Shown here: positions 27,238 through 39,789 of the stretch, one piece after another
How positions within the stretch are numbered: position 1 is the stretch's first letter
How the letters are laid out: every line of letters starts with the position of its first letter
NCBI RefSeq assembly: GCF_004010195.1
Contig: NC_057728.1
Coordinates: 41,013,821 to 41,077,820 of the forward strand
Reading direction: 5' to 3'
Length of the DNA stretch: 64,000 nucleotides
From: Chiloscyllium plagiosum
Taxonomy: Eukaryota
Program-made: the position numbers and the translations under genes
The notes under the pieces: model-generated
Databases searched by the model: none
Seen by the model: only the letters and a program-made list of their open reading frames with translations
What the model was told of the DNA's origin: nothing

Positions 27238-27500
27238 TGTAAGGTGAGGGGGAAAGATATAAAAGGGGCAACTTTTTCACACAGGATGCTGCGTGCATGG
27301 GATGAGCTGCTCGAGGAAATGGTGGAGGCTGGTACAATTATAACATTTAAAAGACATCTGGATTGGTACATGAATAGAAAAGGCTGAGGATTACTGGCCA
27401 AATGCTGCAAAAAGCCCTAGGTTAATTTAGGATATCTGGTCGGAATGGACAAGTGGACAGAAGGATCTGTTTTCTTGCTGTACAACTCAGATTCTATGAG
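27238..27500 (+). mobile_element. CR1/HER1 LINE 3' end
   Basis: WDELLEEMVEAGTIITFKRHLD; homologous to 1-262. Confidence 0.88.
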
Positions 27501-28629
27501 CTCTGTCTATACCATGTTGCCAATATCTGTACATAGTTGTGTATTGTAGCTTCATCAGGTTGGCATCACATTTTTGAGATTAGATGTTTGGTGCTTCTCC
27601 TGATTGCTCTCCTCCTACTGTCCTCATTGAGCAAAGATCGACATCCTGGTCTGGTGAAATTGGTAGAGGAATAACCCCAGCCATGAAGTTACAGATTCTG
27701 GTTGAAGTCAATTCTGCTGTTGCTGATGCCCTCCTACATTCTGACAGTCCTGTTGTAAGCTGTAGGTCTGAACTGAACCTATCTCATTTATCATAGTCAC
27801 AGTGCTGCACAGCATGTCAAATGGATGCATTTCTGATGGTAGATTGGTGAGGACACATCTAGTTGATCCATTGGTTCTCTTGTCATCTGCTGCAGACTTA
27901 GACTGGCAGATATTTCAGGACTTGGCCAGATCAGTCAGCCATAACCATCAAACAGTTCTTGGCTGTGGATTCATTCTGGGTCCTTGTTGCTTTCAATCTT
28001 CTTCCAGGTGGTATCCAACATGAGAAGTAGTAGTAGGAGTTAGTCATGCGGCCCGTCAAGCCTTCTCCATTATTTAATGTGAGAAATGTTGTTCGAATTT
28101 ACCTTCACTTTCCTGCCTGTATCTTGAGGCCTGGAAAGACCAAAGATCTTACTTTCCCATCTTGAATCCGCATGCTGAACGTACTGCTAGAATCTTCTGG
28201 AGTAGAAATTCCCAAGATGGACAACCATTTGAGGAAAGAAAATTCACATCATCTCAGTCCAACATGAGTATCCTTTCAGATATTTTCTAAACAATGTCGG
28301 CTTCCTGGGTCAAAGGTAGGTAAACTGCCACTGTGTCATAAGAGCCCCAATGAGTGGCATTTAACCTGAGACAGTAGCACTTTGTCTCCAGACAGGGAAG
28401 TAACCTCTTGGTAGCTACAATATCCATTCCTTCAGAACCTTGACTGTTTCAGTGAGATTCTCTCATTATTTTAAACTCCAGAGGACATGGAGTACATGAC
28501 TCATCAGCAAAGGAAAGGTGGTAAATGTTAATCAGCAAGGGGTTTCCCATGGTCATATTTGACACAGGCCATGAACCTTTGACTATGCCTCCAGACTTTA
28601 TGAAGATTTAGTTACTGTGCAATCTGAGT

Positions 28630-28925
28630 CCTAGAGTATTATAGTACAGAAACGGGCCCTTTTACCCATCATATTCACACTGGTCATCAAGCACCGATCT
28701 ACCATACTCCCAATTCTCAGCACATGACCCATAGTCTTGTACCATGTCATTTCAAGTATTCATCTAAATGCTTCTTAAACATTGTAATGGTTTCTGCCTC
28801 TGACGATGTTTCAGGCAGTGAATTTGAGATACCCACTACCTTATGGGTGAAAGAATCACTGCTTTAATCTCCTTTAAGACTATTGCACCTTAGCGTAAAT
28901 CACAGCACCCTGAGTTTGACCACTA
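28630..28925 (-). mobile_element. CR1 LINE 3' end, decayed
   Basis: Reverse tail tatagtacagaaacgggccc and a FHP.GSGYL..LPE-type remnant. Confidence 0.6.
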
Positions 28926-29413
28926 TACTAAGGGAATTTGGAATAGAATTAGTATCATGTGAACCAACATGGGTCAAATAAGGAGAGTCAACATGAATTT
29001 CTGGGTAAAATAGTGTATAACTAAATTGCTGGAGTTTCTTGAATGGTTAAGAGAGGCTGATGGGGACAATGCTGTTGATATGGCATACGTGGATTGCCAA
29101 AAGACATTTGACACAGTACCACAGAACAGACTGGAAAGCAAAATTATAGCACTTAGAATAAAAAGCAGTAGGAGCACAGATATAAAATTAGATGCGTGAT
29201 AGAACACAGAGTAATCATTAACGGATGTTTGTCTGGCTGGATCAAGGTATGCACTGTGTTCCCCAAGACTTGGTATTGGGACCCTTGGTTTTCCTGATAT
29301 TAATCATCTAGATCTTGCAGGTGACTATTTTAAAGTTTGAAAATGATACAAACCTTGGAAGCATTGTAAACTATGAGTTCATTGACAAGTTAGTAGAGTG
29401 GTTGAATAGGTGT

Positions 29414-29634
29414 GAAAATGTGTTGCTGGAAAAGTGCAGCAAGTCAGGCAGCATCCAAGGAACAGGAGAATCGACGTTTCGGGCATAAGCCCTTCTTCAG
29501 GAATGATTCCTGAAGAAGGGCTTATGCCTGAAACGTTGATTCTCCTGTTCCTTGGATGCTGCCTGACCTGCTGCGCTTTTCCAGCAACACATTTTCAGCT
29601 CTGATCTCCAGCATCTGCAGTCCTCACTTTCTCC
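29414..29634. mobile_element. Foldback PLE-end mini-element, family A variant
   Basis: ~90-bp inverted arms centred on caggaat-g-attcctg; 15-bp TSD tggttg(a/t)ataggtgt at 29399-29413 and 29635-29649. Confidence 0.92.
29468..29505 (-). ncRNA. Minimal type I hammerhead ribozyme motif (mirror copy on + at ~29505-29542)
   Basis: auuc-CUGAAGA-A-GGGC-UUAU-GCCC-GAAA-CG-UC-gauuc. Confidence 0.7.
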
Positions 29635-30699
29635 TGGTTGTATAGGTGTCCCATGAAGTTCAATGTAGAGCAGTGTGATGTTTTACATTTTGATAGAAAG
29701 AACAGAGAAAGATAACATAACTAAAGGATTTTTTAAAAAGGATGTGCAGGAATAGAGTGACCTGAGTGTATATGTGCATAAACTATTAAGATGGCAGGAC
29801 AGATGGAGAGAGCAGTTGATAAAATATTTATTGATGGCTAAGTACAATAGCAAGGAAGTTATGCTGAATTTGTATATGACTCAAGTTCAATATCAACTGG
29901 CGTATTATATAGTTTTGGGAGGTCCACTTTAAGAAAAATATGAACACAATGGAGAGTGTCAAAGAGCTTCAGGAATGAGAAACTTCAATTTATGAAGATA
30001 GATTGAAAAGTTGGGACTGCTTTCTTTGGAGAAGAGAAGGTTCAGAGGAGATTTTATAGAATTTTTCAAAATCATGAGAAGTCTGGATAAAGTAGACAGG
30101 AAGAAACTATTCCCACTCATTTAAAGATGAAGTACAAGAAGGCAAGTATTCAAACTACTTCGTGAAAGAAGTAAAAGTGATGACTTTTTCATATTCTTGA
30201 GTAGTTAGGATCTGCAATGCACTGCCTGGAAAGGGGTGGGGAGAATAGGTTCAATTAAAATATGCAAGTGGGATGGTGGTAATTGTTTCTTTTCAAATAA
30301 TGTGCAAGTTTAAAGGGAAAAGAGAGGAGAATAACACCAAGTCATCATGTTCATTCAGAGAGCTGGTGCAGACATGATGGGACAAATGGCCTTTTTGTGC
30401 ACTGAAACAATTTTGTGACATTACAGCATCATGTCTGAATGTTGTGCTATGTCGATGCAACTAATTCATTCAATTTTAATCTTTTTTTTCCTCCCACAGT
30501 TTGGTATGGGACATTTCAAAGGACACTCAGAGTTGCTTAGGTTAGGCAGGGTGAGATCAGACGATCTCCTTCAAGAACGGACATTACCAGGATGGTTTCT
30601 TACTGGAATCATGTAGTCACCATTATGCTGACTTTTCATTCTAATTCATTTAATGACTAGGATATAAACTTTCCAACTACTAGGATGGAATATGTTCTG

Positions 30700-31150
30700 A
30701 GGATGACACCAACATTGGTGGTATAATGGACAGGTTATCTAAGATTACAAGGGGATCTTCATCAATTGGGCCAAGGAGTGGTAGACAGACTTTAATATGG
30801 GATGATGTGAGGTGTTGTATTTTGTTAAGAAAAACAAGGGCTGGACTTACACAGTTAATGGTAGGGCCCTGGGGAATGTTGCCAAACAGAGACCTAGGGG
30901 TTCAGGTACATAGTTCCCTGAAAGTTATGTCACAGATAGACATGCATTTGACACACTTGCCTTCATTCCTCAGTCCATTGAGTATAACAATTGGGACATT
31001 ACATTGCAATTGTACAGGATGTTGGAGACATGAATAGGAAAGGCTGAGAGGGAGACTGGCCAAACTGAGGCAAATGGGACTAGTTCAGTTTGGGAAACCT
31101 GCTTGGCCTGGAAGAGTTAGACTGAAAAGTCTGTTCCTATGATGTGTGAC
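30700..31150 (+). mobile_element. CR1 LINE fragment with internal deletions
   Basis: EDDTNIGG and RDLGVQVHSSLKV remnants plus 3'UTR. Confidence 0.75.
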
Positions 31151-32734
31151 TCCACAGCAATCAAACCACGTCTCTGAATACACGACCAATAACATAGCTG
31201 TGTTAGGATACTTGGCAGGAAGAAAATTCAATATATTTATTGTTTGTTTAAATCGGTTTTCAGGTTGTATACAAGATGTTCCTAATAACTTTTGGGAGCC
31301 TATCCAAGCGAGCATTCACATTTCTATTTAAATGTAATTTTAAAATCATTTCATAACGCCTCCTGATTCCCTACTGTCTCATTGTTTTTTTAAAAAAAGG
31401 CAAAGGATAGCTGCAGTTATAAAAAAAAGTCTACTTGATCCTCAGGATGACTTCAAAGCACATTTCATTTGAAGATGAAATGACTTGCTGGTAGACTTGG
31501 ATCACAGCACAGCAGAATACCTTACTCAGCAATCCTCATTGAGAAATGGTTTGATTAACTGCAATCCGAAACCTCCGGATGCTGACAGTCGCTGGTTCGG
31601 TCACAGAAGTCCGGGTCAGTAAAACAAAAGAGTGCACTCAATCACTGTTTGATGATTCTATGCAAACGGTGCCTTACTGACTGACAAAGGAATGTAATTT
31701 ATTTTGCATTCCTTTTCGATTCCTGGCTTATCTATGCATATGTAATTAATGTGTTATCCTGAAGCATTTTTATTTTTTAAGTAAAAACAGCATTTAACTT
31801 CTGTCTAGATTGATCATGAACACCTCCTCCCCAAAAAAAATCGTTCAGGCTACTGAGAATTCAAACAGTAAGAATCTATTGTCCTTGGCTGTGTGCCTCT
31901 GTTTGTTGCTTGGAAACTCGGTTGGAAGATCAAACACTCAAGTATCCTGAACCTTCTTAATTGTCTTGCCTCTGTTGATGAACATGTTGTGGCTTCATGG
32001 TAATACCTTGAACATTGCAAACAAATCGCAATTTGAACACACACGTCCAGTGGGCTAAGCTGTCAATTTAAACAGCTGCTGAGCCTCCTCCTTACCGCTC
32101 TAATTAACACATAGACACTTGGCTGCGAGTGTGCTGAGTGGATTGAACCATTTAGCTCGCTGTGTGTGTGTGTGTGTTCTCCTGTTGTAAAATTGAAAGC
32201 CTCTTTGGCAGATGAAGTCTGCTGCTACTCAGCATCTCGCAATGCAGTTCACTGTGTGCGCTAAGTGGAAGGACTTAATTATCAACTTGTGTAACGTTTG
32301 ATTTGTCTTTTTTTTATTTTGGTGCAGTCGGTGGAAATGAATGCACGCCCACCCCCTTAGTGATGAAATAAGTAGGAGAGGCATTGGATAGAGCAATCCA
32401 AGCATTGGGATTCCTTGCCTTCACCGTAGTAGTTCTTTTGAACTTTGTTCTTCCCTTTTAGGCAATGTCAGATTGTTTCTCCATTCCGTTTAATGGTTTA
32501 AGTTTGATAGCTTCCATCTTCAAATTCCCCCCTTGGCCCTAACTGACAGGTATTATCAGCTTTGTTTAAAACTGCTCAGAGTACTGTAGTTTGAAAAACG
32601 CTGTAGTGTGCAGCCACCTTCAGTCTATTTCATGTTGCCCACAGTTCCTGCTCTGTCAGTTTTGTGTTGAGTGGTGGTGCTGCTGCTGCTAAACGCCTCG
32701 ACAGTGAACAGGTTGACAAGGTACAAGTATAAGC

Positions 32735-32867
32735 ATGGACCGATTTTTGTACCTTATGAAACAAATGAGAAGGTCGAGGAGAAGGAAAAGCAAGAAGTAT
32801 AGACCAGAGGAGGATTACCATGAGGGATATGAAGATGTGTATTATTATGCCTCAGAACAACTGCGTA
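32735..32867 (+). CDS. GRIP1: First coding exon of a host gene, probably an alternative N-terminal exon of glutamate receptor-interacting protein 1 (MDRFLYLMKQMRRSRRRKSKKYRPEEDYHEGYEDVYYYASEQLR)
   Basis: Kozak agcATGg; in-frame upstream TGA at 32714; consensus donor GTAAGT at 32868 (phase 1); lies in a ~2 kb repeat-poor block. Gene identity is from recollection of fish grip1 isoform N-termini containing KKYRPEEDY.EGYEDVYYYASE, not from a search; the exon itself is better supported than the name. Confidence 0.72.
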
Positions 32868-33474
32868 GTAAGTGTGAACTTCATTTTATTTTCAGCGAGA
32901 CTTGTGGAATTCAGCTTCACTGTTGTTACCATGCAAATGACCATTATAATGAGATGTGAGGAAGCAAATGGTTATTTATTATTCTGTTGTCAAAACTATT
33001 TGATATCACTTGCCCTGTATGCTGTCAAGGTCTCTGCTCAGAATACAGCATATTCCTTGGGGTTGTGTTGACCTGTACTGCTGTGTAGCACATGCCTTTG
33101 TAACAATTTGTGGTTTCCAATTCCACGTGTACATCACCCAGGGATTACTCCTGTGTTGATGGGTTTTCAACTGACAGGTGGTTTCAGGTGTGCGTGGCTT
33201 TGAATAATTTGTAGAAGTAAATGAGCAAGAATGTCCGTTCACATTGAAAGCTGGGAATGAATAATTAAGCAGTCCATTTCTGCAGGGATCAATCTTGTTG
33301 CCTTCAGCACTCAGAGTCCTCCTATTGAGTTTGATCTTTGACTCCTGTCAGCAGACAAATGCCTGAGGTAACCACTAAAAAGAAGTTACATTTGAGGATT
33401 TTACACAATCCTTTGCATGCAGAGTTGACTTCTGTGCATAATCTATTTAGTTAATGCAAAAGTTTTTATTTATT

Positions 33475-33980
33475 TAGAATCATAGAGATGGACAGCACGG
33501 AAACAGACCCTTTGGTCCAACTCGTCCATGCCAGCCAGATATCCTAAATTAAACCAATCCCATTTGTCAGCACTTGGCCCATATCTCTCTAAACCTTTCT
33601 TAATCATATACAAATTCAGATGCCTTTTAAATGTTGTAATTGTACCAGCCTCCACCACTTCCTCTGGCAGCTCATTCCATACACGCACCATCCTCTGTGT
33701 GGAAAAAGTTGCCCCTTAGGTCCCTTTTTAAATCTTTCCCCCTCACCCTAAACTTATGCCCTCTAGTTCTGGACTCTCCTACCCCAGGGAAAATACCTTG
33801 TCTATTTACCCTATTCATGCTTCTCATTATTTTATAAACCTGTATAAGGTCAACCCTCTGCCTTCGCTCCAGGGAAAACAACCTCAGCCTATTTGGCCCC
33901 TCCTGATAACTCAAGCCCTCCAACACTGGTAACATCCTTATAAATCCTTTTTGAACCCTTTCAAGTCTTACAACATCTTC
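33475..33980 (-). mobile_element. CR1/HER1 LINE 3' end
   Basis: ORFs 33470-33691 (VWNELPEEVVEAG) and 33672-33935 (LFSLERR, ESRTRGH). Confidence 0.92.
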
Positions 33981-35899
33981 ACTGTTACTTGTTAGACTTT
34001 GTTTAAATTACCTTCATGTTGTCTGTTTCTAATATTTCCCCAATCGCTTCTGAAGATGATCATTTGTGTTGAGATGTAATTCTGCAGCTGCACTCCCAGA
34101 TCTTTTGAAGCCAGCCACTTTCCATGGATGGATCATGCTAAATAATATTGTTAGGCTATTTGACCATTTGGGGATATTGCCAGATCTCATTTTACTTGAC
34201 TTGAGCATCCACCCAGACATTCTTAAACGGGAATAAATGGGTACTGCTCAGGGCTAGGACCCCTGAGATGTTTTGTGTCTCCTTTTCAAAACAGGAGCAT
34301 TAACTGAAGCTTAGGCATTATCATGAATTGAGCTAAATGAAAGCCTGCTAAAGGTTAAGTTTGGGACATTTTCTGGTTTGTGTAGAGCTATGTCATTTAT
34401 CAAGTGATTAGTCGGGGAGGTAACTGTGACTTCCTGTGACATCTGTCTTGTGTATGGATTCTGTGCACTATACATTCAAGCAACCAGTTACAATACAAGC
34501 TTACCGTTAGTCATGTATTACAATACAGGTTAAACCTAATGATAGAAGGAATCTAATCTTTGAAGTATACCTTTTTTGCCTTGTACACATTTCTATCTTA
34601 AAAGTTGAACTTTATCGTTCTGCACGTTGTCCTTTCAATGAATTGAGTATAGTTATTTAATTTTTATTTGGTACATAATGGGTATAATCTGGACAACAAT
34701 TATCTATTTGCATGAAATTGCTTAAGTATGAACAGCTCTTAATAATAATTTTCATTTTACAGTGAAATTGATAACCTTCCTCCAAATGTCACATAGAACT
34801 GGAGTAAAACATTATTGGTTAACATAGAAACTCAGTATAGCATTTTCATATGTGACAGTAAATTTATTATTTTCCTTTTCTTCAAGTTAACTTGCTTTGT
34901 TTGACATTCATTAGTACAGCCTTCGTTGGATCAGGGCATCTGATATATCAATTTGTGTTAATCTTGATGAACAAAATAGGGACAGTGATGTTTCTGTCCA
35001 TTAGTTTTTGTTTCTGTCTGGGTTTCACAATGTGGTGAGATGTATGAGAAATTTAAAATTGGATTTTGAATTTTTAACCTTTAGTTCAATACTCTCATTT
35101 TGTGCTCTTTCTTCAACTCCACAATCTCCTCCCAGTGCAACTTTTAAGTATTTATTGAGTATTGTTTACAGAACTCTATAGTGTGATGACACATTGTGCT
35201 ACCCCTCAAAGCATGTCGTTGCATTGTTGAGTCAGGCATCATCTTAATGGAGATGACATCTAACAGATCTGTTGTACGTACTTATTGATCAAGATCTTTA
35301 TTCATGCGCTTATGAAAGGAGTGCTTTTGAAATGGTTCAGTGTGCTTTAGGTCAATGATTCTTAAAATAGTAATGTGTTCCAGGGTTGCTTCTGAATTTG
35401 AATTTGGTCACTTTGGTTGAATTCCCATAAACTAAAATAAAATAAATATGAATGCTTAATATTACTTGTGCTTCATGGATAAATTTGTTGCCATATATCT
35501 TGTGCTGTATTACAATACTGCCTTTTAAAATTTCATGTTTAAAAATGTTTTAAAAATCTTTCTTTGAGTTGCGGCTGTCAGTGACAATGTTAACATTTGG
35601 TATTCATTCCAGTTTCCATGAGACGGTGTGATACTGGACCCTTCAGAGAACATTTGAGTTAGTTTATAGTTTTAGGGTCAGACAAAGGTCTTTCCCTTTT
35701 TAAAAAAAACAAAGTTGTTGGGCTTTTGTGAACATGGAACAGAAGCAATAATAGATCATCTGGACCATCGAGCTTGCTCTGCCATTCCAGTATGAACATG
35801 GTTGATCTTGGGCTGCAATACCCACTCCCCCATCTCCTCCATATTCCTTGATTCTCTAGGAGACATGAAATCTCCAGGAGACAATTCAACATTATGAAT

Positions 35900-36540
35900 C
35901 CAGACTTTGATTCAAATGCCTTGATATATTTAACATTGCATTGGTGAGGCCACACCTGGAATATTAAATCTGAAACAAAAACAGAAGTTGCTAGAAACCT
36001 CAGCATGTCTGGCAGCATCTGTGCAGAGAAATCAGTCTGGTGACCCTTTCTCATATTGTTTGCAGTTTTGGTCTCCTTATTTGAGGAAAGACGCTCTTGT
36101 GATCGAGAGAGTGCACTGAAGGTTTACCAAATTGATTCCTGGGATGACAGGATTGACCTATGAGGAGACAATCTGTAGGTTATGCTATGAGGATTGATCG
36201 TATGGAAACCTATAAAATTCTAACAGGATTGAACAGGTTAGATGCAGGAAAGATGTACCTGATGGCATTATCATTAAAGGATAAGAGGTAAATCTTTAGG
36301 ACTGAGATGAGGTTAAACCACTTCATCAAGAGAGTGGTGAGCCTGTGGAATTCACAACCACAAAGTGGTTGAAGCCAAAACCTTCTGTTTTCAAAAAGGA
36401 GGTAACTATAGCTGTTGCAGCTAAATGTATCCAGGGATGTGAGGGGAATGGCAGGATTATGGCATTCACTGATTAGCCATAATCATACTAACGGTGGAAC
36501 AGGCTTGAGGGGTTGAATGGCCTCCTCCTCCCTTTTTTTC
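35900..36540 (+). mobile_element. CR1 LINE 3' fragment, interrupted by a family-D PLE end
   Basis: ALVRPHLEY/CLQFWSPYLRKD rejoined across the 35966-36052 insertion. Confidence 0.8.
35966..36052 (-). mobile_element. PLE-like end, family D, short
   Basis: Homologous to 10588-10690; flanking atatt duplication at 35961-35965 and 36053-36057. Confidence 0.7.
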
Positions 36541-37707
36541 ATAATTTGGTTTGGAATTGTAATTTCGAATACTTGTGTTACACTTTTTTTGTTAGATTAC
36601 CTATTGTGTCTCCCTGAAGCCAAGTCATTGACTGTTATTATCCTTGTACCACATCATTTCTATATAAACATCAAATTGAATGACATGAAATGATGCCAGA
36701 AGACTCTGTCAGTATTCACTGTGATTACCTTTTCTTGAAAAGGTACATCTCTTTCTAAACTCAGATTCCTTGGTTTTCTGCTGCTGGATTAATATGTGAT
36801 GTGCCCTTGAGTACAATCATTCACATCAATTACTTTCCTCTCACCTGCATGCACTGATAAGCCACCATTTAAGAAATGGTTAAACAACCTATTTTATACA
36901 GTATTGACATTATCAGCTTTATAGGTCATTGACGAGGGCAATCCTTCAGGTACAAATGACACTTTCAACAACTTAACCTTTGCCATGGTGCACAGTGCCA
37001 ATTGAATGAATGTCCTGTCTCCAGCATGGTTCTGTCCACAATTGTATCTGCAGCATGTTTTCTGGCCAGTGTTAGTTGTTGTACTCTTACTTCTGAGAAG
37101 AATTGAATTACTCTAGAAGAATGAACTTTCTTTCTTCGTATTTCCTGCATGGTTCCTCACAACAGTTTGCCTTTTGAAACATAGACCTGAAGGTAACTGC
37201 AAGTAAACATTATTCAGTGATAACATAATAAGCCTTTGCTTTACAATGCAGCCACCAGAGTTCCAGCTGTCTAGACATTAACATCAAAAAGCAGTGATTT
37301 TGTTTTTAAAATGCTATCTCTAATCTAAGGTTGTATCATGATAATTCAACTTCAAAGAGTCCGATGCCCCAGCCGTATGCCTGCGAAGTCGAATTATCTT
37401 GAATGCACATTCTGTTCAGGAAAATGAAGTGATCCCTTGCAGATTTTCATAACTTTTCTATCACTGTATCTCATTCAAATTTGTGGGAACTGTAGTGAAA
37501 AAGTGAACTTTAAAACCTGAGATTATATTGGAATCCTTATCTGTATTCCTTCCTCAACCACTAGCATTGAATGCATGCATTAGTTGACCTCTTCACTTGT
37601 GGGCATGTCACTCTGAATGGAGCTGTCTTGTTAACTAAGTAATGGAAGTTACAATTTCAGAAAGTCTATTTACTGTGAAATATTGGGATGTCCTGAGAAT
37701 GTTTTGT

Positions 37708-37931
37708 TCAAGATTTTTTTTTTTTTTAAAACTGCATATGCTGGAATCCAAAATAGACAGACTGGAGGCTAGAAAAACATAGCAAGCCAGGCAGCATCAG
37801 GAGGTGGAGAAGTCGACGTATCAGGTGTAACCCTTTTCCAGCCCGGAAGAAGGGTTACACCTGAAACGTCGACTTCTCCACCTCCTGATGCTGCTTGGCT
37901 TGCTGTGTTATTGCAGCCTCCGGCCTGTCTA
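37708..37931. mobile_element. Foldback PLE-end mini-element, family C
   Basis: Inverted arms gcagcatcaggaggtggagaagtcgacg.../...cgtcgacttctccacctcctgatgctgc; 15-bp TSD ctgagaatgtt(t/c)tgt at 37693-37707 and 37932-37946; decayed hammerhead cGGAAGA-A-GGGT-tac-ACCT-GAAA-CG-TC-gac. Confidence 0.88.
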
Positions 37932-38294
37932 CTGAGAATGTTCTGTAGCATCTTGCTCTGTTTTGTCCAAAGATTCTGTAATTTCAATATCCTCCATGAG
38001 CATTAACCAAAATCTGCATTTTTGTTGCAGTGAAGAATATTACATTTTATAAGCATTGAATACAGGTGTTTAATTTTCAATTTTAAGTTGTTAAATATTA
38101 ACAGTCTAATTCTAATTTGGATATGTGTCAAATAAAGTTTATCAAACTCATTGGGTTGGATTATTAACTTGGATCATCTCAAATTGGCTGAGCAGTAACA
38201 AGTTGAAATCAGTTTTCAACACCAGCATGCCCAAAGGACCCTTCAATGAGTGGCTGAAGTGCCTGTCTGTTTCAGGAAATAGGCACCTTAATTT

Positions 38295-38410
38295 GGCTCT
38301 TGCTCGAAATGTCGATTTCGAAGCTCCTTGGATGCTGCCTGAACTGCTGTGCTCTTCCAGCACCACTAATCCAGAATCTGGTTTCCAGCATCTGCAGTCA
38401 TTATTTTTAC
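38295..38410 (+). mobile_element. PLE 3' end, family A, single arm starting inside hammerhead stem II
   Basis: Reverse complement of 11142-11260; approximate flanking duplication cacctt(tt)aattt. Confidence 0.85.
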
Positions 38411-38979
38411 CACCTTTTAATTTAGAAGTCTAGACTGCTAGCAGGACCCAGATAGCCACGTGAGGGCATGGTTTGCTGAAGTGAGTAAGTTTCAATAGGA
38501 GTCCAAACTTCACTTTTTTTTTTGGTGTGGGGCAATCAGGAATTTGAAGAAAATACTTTGACCTGTTTCTGTGCCAGATATCCCTCATTCCCTAATCTAT
38601 TCTTTCTTCCATGATATTCCTGGAATTCCTTCCCAAATGGCATTTTGTCTGTCCCCACCAGGAGGACTCAGTGGTTCAAAAATGCAGCTCACTACCACAC
38701 TCTCCAGGCAACTCCGGATGGACAATAAGTGCTGGCCCAGCCAGTGATGCCTATATTTCATGAGTGAATTTTTTAAAAATAATTATGGTAAAAGTAAAGT
38801 AGTGGAGATCTGAAATAAAAACACAATGTTGGCTAAACTCAGCAGATATGGAAACACCTGTGCAGAGAGGGAAAATCCACATTTCAAGTCTAATCCTACT
38901 TCATAATTGCAGGATGATGTGGCGATGAAGGGAGCAGAACAAGGAATTTCCAATGGGGAGAGGAGGGGTTCTTGTAGAA

Positions 38980-39300
38980 ATCTGGAAAGGTCTAGTACGA
39001 ATAGATGCAGGAAGGATGTTCCCAAAGACCAGGGATTCCAGGACGCAAGATCACAGTTTTAAGTTTATGAGTAAGGGTATGCCATTTAGGACTGATGAGA
39101 AACTTCTTAACCAGGAGAGTAGTGAGCCTGTGAAATTGCACTTTTTTTTTTCAGGCAAGTGTTGGGTATAGTTCTTGTAGCTAAGGAGATTAAAGCATAT
39201 AGGAAGAATGTGGGAATGATGTTGGATGATCAGGCAGGATCATGTTGCATGGTGGTGCAGGCTTGAAGAGCCAAATGGCCTACTCATCTTAATTACTATG
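38980..39300 (+). mobile_element. CR1 LINE 3' end, decayed
   Basis: RIDAGRMFP..DSRTQDH remnant plus 3'UTR. Confidence 0.7.
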
Positions 39301-39499
39301 AATCGGGTTAGAAGATGGTTTTCTTGCTGTTCACAAAGTGAGAGGAGGGCCAAATGAAACACATGCTGGGTGTGTCCAGGGCAAAAGTGCAGTACTAGAG
39401 GGAAAATGATGCAAAATAGATGGTAGTGGTAGGTGTGAGTAGCTAAAAATGGGTTGGATTTGCTGAAAGCAATCCATGCAAACAAAACATTTGTGAGAT

Positions 39500-39785
39500 G
39501 GGGCTATCTATCATGGTGAGCATTGTTTATGTTGAGTTGTTGTTCTATATGTTGTCTCCAAGCTGAAAAATACCTAAGCAGAAAATGAAGTGTTTTTTCT
39601 TCAGTTAGTATTGGCTTTGCTGGAACACTGCAGCAGGCCTAGGTCAACAATGAGCTCAAGAATGTATTAAAATGGCAAGCTACTAGAAGGTCAACCATTT
39701 TTACAGACAAAGCCAAGGTATTTTACTTAATGGCCAGCCAGTCTGCGTTTAGTTTTATTAATCTGGAGGAGACTACATTGTGAAC
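39500..39785 (-). mobile_element. Old PLE GIY-YIG-region remnant
   Basis: Minus strand resembles 45500-45790 (HFIFCLG = LIFRLG motif). Confidence 0.45.
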
Positions 39786-39789
39786 ATGG

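Larger units (their letters stand above)
28945..30420 (+). mobile_element. CR1 LINE RT fragment, interrupted by the 29414-29634 insertion
   Basis: AYVDCQKTFDTVP (DF.KAFD.VPH motif), VPQ..VLGP, ENDTNLG remnants and 3'UTR. Confidence 0.8.

Noticed and set aside
32868..32959. C-terminal 30 aa of the 74-aa ORF
   Set aside because: Read-through past a consensus GTAAGT donor; most likely intron
33302..33322. REST/RE1 site (ttcagcac)
   Set aside because: Left half-site only; no GGACAG right half at canonical spacing
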